From Bacteroidetes bacterium endosymbiont of Geopemphigus sp. (GTDB lineage: Bacteria > Bacteroidota > Bacteroidia > Flavobacteriales > Blattabacteriaceae): 24,000 nt of DNA. Of the stretch, positions 1-8,378 are shown piece after piece. The stretch's first letter is position 1. Each line of letters begins with the position of its first letter. The notes under the pieces were generated by a model. It was not told the origin of the DNA and made no database searches. It saw only the letters and a list, made by a program, of their open reading frames with translations. Made by a program: the position numbers and the translations under genes. Where the stretch lies: NCBI RefSeq assembly GCF_002904345.1, contig NZ_PEIH01000005.1, forward strand, positions 92,449-116,448, given 5' to 3'.

Positions 1-954
1 GAGATATAAGGCAGTCATCTCATCGTAGCAGTACATAAGATTGAAATTCTGAACCGCTTGTCCTGAGGCACCTTTTAAGAGATTATCCAAGACACTGCTT
101 ACAATCAAACACCCTTTTTCTTTAGTTAAATGCAGCAAACATTTATTAGTGTTTACCACTTGCTTAAGCTCTAAAGGATCTTCAGAAAGATGTGTAAAAG
201 GATGGGTTTTATAAAAATCTTCATAAAGTAATCTAGCTTCCTTAAGAGAAAGCTCACAGCGCGTATAGATCGTAGCTAGAATGCCACGAGTAAAATTACC
301 CCGGTAAGGAACAAAAAAGAGTTCACTCGAAAAGCCTTCTTGTAAACTAAGTAAGCTCTCTCGGATTTCATCCAAATGCTGATGGGTAAAAAGCTTATAG
401 GTAGAAGCGTTATGAGCACGCCGGCTGAAGTGCCCGGTCTCACTTAAATCTCGACCGGCGCCGGTCGAGCCTGTAAGCGCGCTGATGTGAATGTCCTCTT
501 TAAGACATCCTGCTCTGGCCAGCGGCAATAAGGCTAGCTCTATGGCTGTGGCAAAACAGCCTGGATTCGCTATATTTTTTGCCTTTTTAATGACATCAAT
601 CTGTAACTCCGGCAGGCCATAAACGAAATTCCTCTCTGCACTACGAGCGTTTTTACAAAGCCTGAAATCATTGCTCAGGTCAATGATGTAAGCTGTTTTG
701 GGAATCTTATCCAGCGCTTTTTTAGAATTCCCATGTCCTAAACAGAGAAAAACCAATTCTACGGTTGGATCCAACTGCTCTGTAAATCGCAACTCGATAT
801 CACCGATGAGATCTCTGTGAATGAAAGAGGCAGCTCTTCCAGCCTGCGTACTGCTCACCAAGCTTTGAATCTGTACATGGGGATGTTGCAATAAAAGACG
901 CAGGAGCTCTCCCCCGGTATAGCCGGCGCCTCCGAGTATCCCTACTTTAATCAC
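1..954 (-). CDS. argC: N-acetyl-gamma-glutamyl-phosphate reductase; the last few C-terminal residues lie beyond the window edge
   Basis: The minus-strand frame is open from position 1 to a GTG at 952-954. It is missing from the ORF track because it has no stop inside the window. Translation: V/M-IKVGILGGAGYTGGELLRLLLQHP ... NPGCFATAIELALLP (catalytic Cys) ... LDNLLKGASGQAVQNFNLMYCYDE. That gives 318 codons in the window. The start overlaps the stop of the upstream argG fusion (947-949) by 8 nt. The next in-frame upstream codons (ATA, CTA, CAC, CTC, TTA, CAC, ACT) are not plausible starts. Confidence 0.85.
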   Translation of the reverse strand, partial: MIKVGILGGAGYTGGELLRLLLQHPHVQIQSLVSSTQAGRAASFIHRDLIGDIELRFTEQLDPTVELVFLCLGHGNSKKALDKIPKTAYIIDLSNDFRLCKNARSAERNFVYGLPELQIDVIKKAKNIANPGCFATAIELALLPLARAGCLKEDIHISALTGSTGAGRDLSETGHFSRRAHNASTYKLFTHQHLDEIRESLLSLQEGFSSELFFVPYRGNFTRGILATIYTRCELSLKEARLLYEDFYKTHPFTHLSEDPLELKQVVNTNKCLLHLTKEKGCLIVSSVLDNLLKGASGQAVQNFNLMYCYDEMTALYL

Positions 955-2698
955 TATTAGGTGGAGTAAGTGAGTGATAAATCTTCATTTGATTGCCAAA
1001 TATTTTTATAAATCCTTTAGCCTCTTCGGCACTCCAAGCCCGATTGGTTTCACCATATTGGGCAGCTTGCGAGCACATCATATCAAAAGCGGATTCAATA
1101 CCTGTGAGTTCAAAACGAAAAGGATGCAAATGCACGCCTACCTGCCCGCTGACACGTTCTTGGGATTTTGTTAAAAAAGCTTCGATATCGCGCATTACCG
1201 GATCTAAATATTGCGCCTCGTGCAAAAGCATTCCGTACCAATTGCCTAGTTGTTCCTTCCAGTAAAGCTGCCATTTGCTGAGTACATGTTTTTCCAAAAG
1301 ATGATGCGCTTTGAGGATGATCATAGCCGAGGCTGCCTCAAAACCAACACGTCCTTTGATGCCGATTAAGGTATCGCCCACATGAATATCACGCCCTATA
1401 GCGAATCGCGAAGCGATTTCCTCAAGCGCGACGATATTCTCCACCGGATCGGCTCTTTTTCCGTCAAGAGCAACGAATTCTCCTTTATTAAATTCAAGCT
1501 GAATTTTCCTGGGCTCTTTTTCCATCAAGACCCTTGGATAGGAAGCCTCGGGCAAAGCCCTATCGGAGCTAAGGGTTTCGGCTCCTCCGACACTGGTACC
1601 CCATAGCCCTTTGTTAATGGAATATCGCGCTCTTTCCCAAGAGATATCGACTCCCTGATCTTTAAGATAATCCATCTCTTCTTTTCGCGAGAGCTTCATA
1701 TCCCTTATGGGACTAATAATAAGCTTATCGGGACATACTATCTGAAAGGCCAGATCAAAACGTACCTGATCGTTTCCTGCTCCTGTACTTCCATGTCCTA
1801 TGGCTCGGGCATCGATATCATTAGCATGCTCAGCAATTTTAATTGCCTGAAAAATTCGCTCGGCACTCACTGATAAAGGATAAGTATTGTTTCGCAGTAC
1901 ATTACCAAAGATAAGGTACTTAATACAACGCTTGTAATAATCTTTTTTTGCCTCTATACTGCGATGAGATTTTGCCCCTACGGCATAGGCTTTTTGCTCA
2001 ATATCGCGCAGCTCTTGCTGATTAAAACCACCTGTATTGACAATAGCGGTATGGACTTCATAGCCTTGATTTATAAGGTATTTTAAACAATAAGAAGTAT
2101 CTAGGCCGCCGCTGTAAGCGAGTAAAATCTTGTCTCCGAAAAGCAGCTTATTCTTAGGCTTTTTTTCGTTAGGGTCATATAATAACCCACTACATAAACA
2201 CATCTTTCTTTGATTTCGGGTAAGTATATCATAATTAGAGCAACTTTTACAGCCTTTCCAAAAATCTTCAGATTGGGTAAGATGCTTAAAATTTACGGTC
2301 TTAAAACCCAGCGCCATATTCATATTTAATACCGGAGCGCTGGTGGTAATGCTAAATATTTTAGCTTTTGGAAATTTTTCACGCGAGAGCCTGAAAATTT
2401 CAGATTTAATCAATTTAGCTATGCCATGCTGACGAAATTCAGGAAATACAATCATTCCTGAATTGGCAACAAACTCTTGTCCTTGAAAGGTCTCTATATA
2501 GCTAAATCCGGCGATTTGGCCATTACAAAGAGCAATGACGGCATTGCCGTCGACCATTTTTTTCTTGATATATTCAGGATCTCTTTTGGCAATGCCTGTT
2601 TTTCGAATCCTGGCAGACTCCTCGATTTGCCGACAAATAGATAAAGCTTGGCCTACATCGTCGGCATGAGCAATCCTGATTTCTATTTTCATCTTCAA
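947..2698 (-). CDS. argG: Fusion protein: N-terminal GNAT N-acyltransferase (aa 1 to about 175) joined to argininosuccinate synthase (aa about 190 to 583)
   Basis: 583-aa ORF. The N-terminus has the GNAT acyl-CoA motif FRQHGIAKLI and a Cys cluster (WKGCKSC...KMCLC). The linker is PNEKKPKNK. The ArgG part follows: ILLAYSGGLDTSYCLKYL, YPLSVSAERIFQ, GHGSTGAGNDQVRFDL. No stop codon separates the two domains. Confidence 0.85.
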   Translation of the reverse strand: MKMKIEIRIAHADDVGQALSICRQIEESARIRKTGIAKRDPEYIKKKMVDGNAVIALCNGQIAGFSYIETFQGQEFVANSGMIVFPEFRQHGIAKLIKSEIFRLSREKFPKAKIFSITTSAPVLNMNMALGFKTVNFKHLTQSEDFWKGCKSCSNYDILTRNQRKMCLCSGLLYDPNEKKPKNKLLFGDKILLAYSGGLDTSYCLKYLINQGYEVHTAIVNTGGFNQQELRDIEQKAYAVGAKSHRSIEAKKDYYKRCIKYLIFGNVLRNNTYPLSVSAERIFQAIKIAEHANDIDARAIGHGSTGAGNDQVRFDLAFQIVCPDKLIISPIRDMKLSRKEEMDYLKDQGVDISWERARYSINKGLWGTSVGGAETLSSDRALPEASYPRVLMEKEPRKIQLEFNKGEFVALDGKRADPVENIVALEEIASRFAIGRDIHVGDTLIGIKGRVGFEAASAMIILKAHHLLEKHVLSKWQLYWKEQLGNWYGMLLHEAQYLDPVMRDIEAFLTKSQERVSGQVGVHLHPFRFELTGIESAFDMMCSQAAQYGETNRAWSAEEAKGFIKIFGNQMKIYHSLTPPNSD

Positions 2699-2790
2699 AA
2701 AAAAGCGCTTGCTAATTTGACACTTGAGTATGTGTCTGTGTTTTTATACGTTAAAGAGTTCATAAGCACACTTTCTTTTATTACCGCGTG

Positions 2791-2798
2791 CAAATTTA
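2791..2798 (-). promoter_or_regulatory. -7 box candidate (TAAATTTG) upstream of the GNAT::argG-argC cluster
   Basis: Matches TAnnTTTG on the minus strand, 92 nt upstream of the ATG at 2698 and just downstream of the dnaE stop. The longer leader makes this weaker than the other candidates. Confidence 0.25.
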
Positions 2799-2819
2799 AG
2801 AAATATTTAAAGGAAAAGC

Positions 2820-5800
2820 CTATTTAAGATGAAAGTCAAGACCGGGAATTTTTTCCAGATCCAAAAGTAAATTTCTTTCAAGGCGAACGCCATATCCCCG
2901 CGAGTGCATCCCCAAACAAAGCTTTTCTATATGATCCAATACCATTACCTTAAGCTTTCCAGGGCCTTTATATTTTGAAATCGTATACTCGATATGAGTA
3001 ATCATTTCACTGCTTAACTCCTGAAGGTTGATTTCTAGATGAAGACCTTTATTAAGATGTTCAAGTACCTCGCAAAGCAATTGGATCTGCAGAAAATTTA
3101 TACGAACTTCTCCACCTTTCCAACGATCGAGCGAAATTTTTAAATCCACAAAGGTATTAGGCACTAATAAGTGAGAAAATTTCATATAAGACTCCCCGAA
3201 GATTCGAAATTCACGCATTCCCTGATAATCTTCTAAAGTGAATACCCCATAGCGGTTTCCGCTTTTTAAGGCCGTTTTATTTTCGGCGCGCGTGATGATA
3301 CCGTAAAGATGAAGTTCTTTGCCTATCCATTGTGCTTCATTACGACTAAACTCTTCTAAAGAAACCCCTTTTATAGCGAGCACTTCATGGCGATAATCAT
3401 CCAAAGGATGTGCGCTGATATAAACGCCCACAACCTCCTTCTCTTTAGAGAGCTTTACAATACTCGGCCAGGGCGCACAATCAGAAAGCGAAGGCTTCAT
3501 AAGAGCCGTTTCAATGGTTTCCCCGAAAAGTGAAGCCTGAGGGCACTTCTTATTTTCTTGATATCTTGCCCCAAAGCGAAGAATTTTTTCAAGAGTGGTT
3601 AAGCTGTTTTCCTCATGGAAATACTGCGCACGATGAATGTTTTTAAACTCGTCAAAAGCACCTGAGAGCGCAAGGGATTCCATCGCTTTTTTATTAGCCG
3701 TACGCAAATCCACACGTTTAACCAAATCAAAAATCGAAAGATAAGGACCATTTTTTGTGCGTTCACTTAAAATGGTCTCCACAGCTGCCTCTCCAACGCC
3801 TTTGACAGCTTCCATACCAAAACGAATAGCGCCTTGTTCATTCACTGAAAAAGTAGACTGACTTTCATTAATATCTGGACCTAGCACCGAAACGTTCATA
3901 CGCCTACACTCTTCCATAAAGAAAGTAACCTCTTTAATATTGTTCATATTATTGCTCAATACAGCTGCCATGTACTCCGCGGGGTAATGAGCTTTGAGAT
4001 AAGCCGTCTGAAAAGCCAGGTAAGCATAACAGGTGGAGTGAGATTTATTAAAAGCGTACGAAGCGAAAGCTTCCCAGTCATGCCAGATTTTCTCAAGAAC
4101 TTTTTGAGGATATCCACGTTCAGTGGCACCTTCGATGAATTGATTCTTCATCTTATCGAGCACATGCTTCTGCTTTTTACCCATGGCTTTTCGAAGTATG
4201 TCGGCCTCACCTTTTCCAAAGCCAGCGAGTTTTTGCGCCAGCAACATAACCTGCTCTTGATAAACTGTAATGCCGTAGGTATTGCTTAGAAATTCCTCCA
4301 TCTCAGGCAGATCATAGACAATGGGCTCCTCTCCATGCTTACGTGCAATAAAATTGGGAATATATTGCAAAGGACCCGGACGGTAAAGAGCGTTCATTGC
4401 GATAAGATCATCAAAGGTATCGGGTTTGAGCTGACGCATATAGCGTTGCATACCTGGTGATTCGTACTGAAAAACCGCTATGGTATCCCCTCTCTGAAAA
4501 AGAGCATAGGTTTTTTCATCATCTAAAGGAATTTGATCCGCCAGAAGTTTTATTCTATGCTGTTTCTCAATAAGTTCTATGGCATCTTTAATAATGGTAA
4601 GGGTTTTGAGTCCCAAAAAGTCCATCTTAAGCAAACCGGCGCTCTCGACCACGTTGTTATCAAATTGCGTAAGTAACAAATCTGAATCTTTCGAAATAGC
4701 CATAGGAATATGCTCGGTGATATCATAAGGTGTGATAATCACCCCACAGGCATGTACTCCGGTGTTGCGCACTGATCCTTCAAGTATGCTTGCCTGTTGC
4801 AAAACCACTCCTTCAGGACTTTCCTTTTTGGAGAGTTCCTGAAGTTTTAAAGCATTCTCAAGATCCTCCCCGCTAAGATTTTCATAAAGTTGAGCGTGAC
4901 TAGCCGATAAGAGCTTTTTTAATGATAGATTGGGCATCATTTTAGCCAGCCGATCAGCCTCAGCCAACGGAAGGTCAAGCGCCCGAGCGGTATCACGTAT
5001 AGCTGACTTAGCGGCCATACTACCATAGGTGATGATCTGTGCTACCTGATTACTCCCATATTTATCTACTACCCATTCTATGATGCGATCACGGCCACGG
5101 TCGTCAAAATCCATATCGATATCGGGCAAGGAGATGCGATCTGGGTTTAAGAAGCGCTCAAAAAGAAGATCGTATTTAATGGGATCAATATGCGTAATAC
5201 CCGTACAATAAGCCACAAGAGAACCTGCTACCGATCCGCGGCCTGGCCCTGCAGATACGCCCATTTTTTCAGCCTGTGCCACGAAGTCCTGAACGATAAG
5301 AAAATAGCCCGGATAACCTGTTTTTTCTATAGTTTTTAGCTCGAAATCCAGACGTTCTTTCAAAGTCTCATCGATCGCTCCGTAACGCTTTTTAGCACCT
5401 TCACAGGCCAGATGGCGTAAATAAGCATTTTCCCCACGTTTTTTACCACCCTTAGCCTCCAAAGGATTTATGAAATTCTCGGGAATTTTAAATTCTGGCA
5501 AAAGAACTTCTCGATTGAGCGAGTAAGTATTGATTTTTCCAATCAACTCTTCCAGGTAATCAAAAGCCTTCGGAACATCGGAAAAACGCGCGAGCATCTC
5601 ATCGGTACTTTTGAAATAGAATTCCTGATTACTAAATCCAAAACGATATCCCCTTCCACGTTCTAGTCCTATAGGAGTGGATTGTTTTTCACCATCGCGT
5701 ACACAGAGTAATATATCATGGGCATTGGCATCTTTTTTCTCTAAATAGAAACTATTGTTCTGCGGAATGTACTTTACGCCATATTTTCGAGCGAATCTAA

Positions 5801-7166
5801 GCAAGACTTCATTTACATGATCCTCTTCTTCTAGGCCATGGCGAAGGAGTTCTACATAAAAATCCTCTTTAAAAAGTTTATGCCACCATTTAAAAACTTC
5901 TTCAGCTTGGCGCTCTCCCCCGTTGAGGATGGTATATGGAATTTCGGCGCTTAGATCACCTGTAAGAGCGATTAAATCTTCTTTGTAGGTTGCAACAAGA
6001 TCTTTACCCACTCTTGGATAGCCCGCGTAGTATCCTTTGATATAGCCTTCCGAGCAAAGCCTAGCTAAGTTTTGATAGCCTTTTTTATTTTTTGCCAGCA
6101 ACACTTGTTTATAACGCCGATCCGGCTGGTCCTTGGTAAACTTCTTTTGAAGATAGTCCTCTGATAGAAAAACCTCACAACCAACAACCCCCTTAAGGGG
6201 AGGTGTGAGATGATTTTCATTTGTATCGCTTTGCGCTCTACGTGCATTGGCAGTTTCTATGGCATTTAAGAAATAAAAAGCACCCATCATATTCCCTGAA
6301 TCAGTCATACCTACCGCAGGCATATTCCATTGCAAAGCGCGCGCTACTAAGGAGGAAATATCAGTGGTGGCCGAGAGAATAGAAAAAGCTGTATGATTGT
6401 GCAAGTGCGCAAATTTCCTTTGTGAACCTCTTTTCTCTACTTCGGCTTTTTCAGACTTGAGCTCTTGAGATCTTTTTTGATGGTCGATAGTTTTTTCCTG
6501 CGTAATATTTATTCCTATAGGTTGGATCGGGGTGGTATGTCTTTTTTTGAATTTCTCAACGGCAGAGATATCCATACCAAATTTCTCTGGCGAAACAATA
6601 CCTAAACGAAGGAGTTCAAGAAAGCAGCGTGCGGTAGCTTCTACATCGGCCGAGGCATTATGCGCTGCGGAAAAGGAAACGCCAAAGAGCTTTTGATGAA
6701 GCTCAGTAAGGGTGGGCCATTTGAATTTTCCACCTATTCCACCAGGAAGCGCGCAGTAATCAAGCGCTTCATCTTTGGTATCGATAAATTTTTTCTCGAG
6801 TAAAGTCGATGAGTGGCCACTGCGAAAGAACTCACATCCTACTATATTAATATCAAAACCTATGTTATGACCTATAAGGAAGTGACTTTTTGAAAGTGCC
6901 GTGTAAAAGATCTGCAATACCTTTTGCAAAGGATGTCCTTCTTTTTGCGCTCTTTCGGTAGTAATGCCATGGATTTTAATCGCGTTAAATGGGATATCGA
7001 AACCTTCAGGTTGAATAATGAAGTTTTTTGCTTCGATAAGCCCACCTGAAACTTCATGAAGCTGCCAAGCGAGCTGGACCATACGAGGCCAATTCTCTGT
7101 ATCGTAAAAGGGTGCGTTATAGTTCTTTGGCAACCCGGTGGTTTCTGTATCAAAAATCAGATACAT
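2820..7166 (-). CDS. dnaE: DNA polymerase III alpha subunit with an N-terminal DEDDh (epsilon-like) 3'-5' exonuclease domain
   Basis: 1448-aa ORF. Exonuclease motifs: Exo I FDTETTG, Exo II GHNIGFD, Exo III HNASADVEAT, all within aa 1 to about 190. After a charged linker comes the PHP domain (AHLHNHTAFSIL, GMTDSGNMMGAF), then the polymerase core (GPGRGSVAGSLVAYCTGIT, DIDMDF, GLLKMDFLGLKTL) and a C-terminal OB-fold region. Confidence 0.95.
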   Translation of the reverse strand: MYLIFDTETTGLPKNYNAPFYDTENWPRMVQLAWQLHEVSGGLIEAKNFIIQPEGFDIPFNAIKIHGITTERAQKEGHPLQKVLQIFYTALSKSHFLIGHNIGFDINIVGCEFFRSGHSSTLLEKKFIDTKDEALDYCALPGGIGGKFKWPTLTELHQKLFGVSFSAAHNASADVEATARCFLELLRLGIVSPEKFGMDISAVEKFKKRHTTPIQPIGINITQEKTIDHQKRSQELKSEKAEVEKRGSQRKFAHLHNHTAFSILSATTDISSLVARALQWNMPAVGMTDSGNMMGAFYFLNAIETANARRAQSDTNENHLTPPLKGVVGCEVFLSEDYLQKKFTKDQPDRRYKQVLLAKNKKGYQNLARLCSEGYIKGYYAGYPRVGKDLVATYKEDLIALTGDLSAEIPYTILNGGERQAEEVFKWWHKLFKEDFYVELLRHGLEEEDHVNEVLLRFARKYGVKYIPQNNSFYLEKKDANAHDILLCVRDGEKQSTPIGLERGRGYRFGFSNQEFYFKSTDEMLARFSDVPKAFDYLEELIGKINTYSLNREVLLPEFKIPENFINPLEAKGGKKRGENAYLRHLACEGAKKRYGAIDETLKERLDFELKTIEKTGYPGYFLIVQDFVAQAEKMGVSAGPGRGSVAGSLVAYCTGITHIDPIKYDLLFERFLNPDRISLPDIDMDFDDRGRDRIIEWVVDKYGSNQVAQIITYGSMAAKSAIRDTARALDLPLAEADRLAKMMPNLSLKKLLSASHAQLYENLSGEDLENALKLQELSKKESPEGVVLQQASILEGSVRNTGVHACGVIITPYDITEHIPMAISKDSDLLLTQFDNNVVESAGLLKMDFLGLKTLTIIKDAIELIEKQHRIKLLADQIPLDDEKTYALFQRGDTIAVFQYESPGMQRYMRQLKPDTFDDLIAMNALYRPGPLQYIPNFIARKHGEEPIVYDLPEMEEFLSNTYGITVYQEQVMLLAQKLAGFGKGEADILRKAMGKKQKHVLDKMKNQFIEGATERGYPQKVLEKIWHDWEAFASYAFNKSHSTCYAYLAFQTAYLKAHYPAEYMAAVLSNNMNNIKEVTFFMEECRRMNVSVLGPDINESQSTFSVNEQGAIRFGMEAVKGVGEAAVETILSERTKNGPYLSIFDLVKRVDLRTANKKAMESLALSGAFDEFKNIHRAQYFHEENSLTTLEKILRFGARYQENKKCPQASLFGETIETALMKPSLSDCAPWPSIVKLSKEKEVVGVYISAHPLDDYRHEVLAIKGVSLEEFSRNEAQWIGKELHLYGIITRAENKTALKSGNRYGVFTLEDYQGMREFRIFGESYMKFSHLLVPNTFVDLKISLDRWKGGEVRINFLQIQLLCEVLEHLNKGLHLEINLQELSSEMITHIEYTISKYKGPGKLKVMVLDHIEKLCLGMHSRGYGVRLERNLLLDLEKIPGLDFHLK

Positions 7167-7184
7167 AACTGAAATAATGTATAT

Positions 7185-8378
7185 TTATAGAAAAGTAGAG
7201 ACTTCTCTGGCTATTTCCATTTCTTCATCGGTAGGAAGGGTCAATATTTTCGCGCGACTCTCAGAGGTTTGTAATTCTCTAAGGCCTTGTTCTTGAGTCT
7301 CATTTTTACTCTTATCAAGGATAAGACCCGTAAATTCCATATCAGCGCAGATCATAGCACGCACCAGAGTATCGTTTTCACCTACACCTCCTGTAAAGAC
7401 AATCGCGTCAAGGCCATTCATAATAGCAGTATAGGCACCTATATATTTTTTAATGCGATAAGCGTACATTTCATAGGATAAACGGGCTTTGGGATCTTTA
7501 TTTTCATAAGCTTGACTTATATCGCGCATATCGCTTTTTCCTGAAAGGGCCAGCATACCACTTTCCTTGTTGAGAATTTCAGAAAGATTTTCAATCTTAT
7601 AGCCCTTGCCTAAGAGATAGAAAAGAACTGTGGGATCCAGATCTCCACTTCGTGTGCCCATAATTAAACCACTGTTGGGTCCAAAACCCATGCTGGTATC
7701 AACAGAAACTCCATTTTTAATGGCGGCCATACTGGCCCCGTTGCCAAGATGCAAAGTGATGATTTTCGCCTGTGGATTTTGCAGATGGGAAAGCGCCATG
7801 CGAGAGACATATTGATGACTGATACCATGAAATCCGTAAACACGCACATGTTGTTCTTTATAAAAGACTTCAGGCAAAGCATAACGATGAACTCTTTGCG
7901 ATATACTATGGTGAAAAGCAGTATCAAAAACCGCAAACTCTCTTGCTCTAGGAAATACCTCCTGAGCCACTTCTATTCCCATAAGATTGGCAGGGTTATG
8001 CAAAGGCGCCAAGGGAAAGACCGCGCGGATTTCATCTTTTACTTCTTTGGTGATCTCTACAGTGGCGGTAAGGGTATTTCCGCCATGCACTACTCTGTGG
8101 CCGATAGCTGAAATTTCAGAAAGCTCTTTGATGACCCCTCCTCCCAGTAGAGGATCTGAAAGCAAATCGTAAATCTTTTCAAGAGCTTCGCGATGATCTC
8201 TTACCTGAAAAGGACTTTTAAGCTCTTGCCAGGATTTCTCTTTTATATACTGGTTAATATATCCTCCATCTATGCCGATGCGCCCTATAAGTCCCCTAGC
8301 GAGAACTTTTTTTTCAGGCATCTTAATGAGCTGATATTTAACAGAGGAGCTTCCAGAATTGATGATTAGTATCTTCAT
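7185..8378 (-). CDS. ackA: Acetate kinase
   Basis: 397-aa ORF. Motifs: MKILIINSGSSSVKYQL, GHRVVHGG, VFDTAFH, GFHGISH, TLHLGNGAS, FTGGVGEN. The start overlaps the pta stop by 4 nt (ATGA). Confidence 0.95.
   Translation of the reverse strand: MKILIINSGSSSVKYQLIKMPEKKVLARGLIGRIGIDGGYINQYIKEKSWQELKSPFQVRDHREALEKIYDLLSDPLLGGGVIKELSEISAIGHRVVHGGNTLTATVEITKEVKDEIRAVFPLAPLHNPANLMGIEVAQEVFPRAREFAVFDTAFHHSISQRVHRYALPEVFYKEQHVRVYGFHGISHQYVSRMALSHLQNPQAKIITLHLGNGASMAAIKNGVSVDTSMGFGPNSGLIMGTRSGDLDPTVLFYLLGKGYKIENLSEILNKESGMLALSGKSDMRDISQAYENKDPKARLSYEMYAYRIKKYIGAYTAIMNGLDAIVFTGGVGENDTLVRAMICADMEFTGLILDKSKNETQEQGLRELQTSESRAKILTLPTDEEMEIAREVSTFL

Noticed and set aside
947-954. 8-nt overlap between the argG-fusion stop and the argC GTG start, considered as a possible frameshift or assembly error
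   Set aside because: Short overlaps with alternative start codons are common in translationally coupled operons. Both reading frames give full-length, well-conserved proteins.
7749-8111. Long ORFs overlapping known genes, either antisense or in a shifted frame: 7749-8111 (+, in ackA), 23580-23969 (+, in the GSIII gene), 15421-15750 (+, in gap), 12370-12687 (+, in trxB), 3987-4289 (+, in dnaE), 18637-19002 (-, shifted frame in cydA), and other shorter ones in the track
   Set aside because: All lie entirely within confidently identified conserved genes. They have low-complexity or Ser/Arg/Leu-rich composition typical of shadow ORFs, and they have no motifs.
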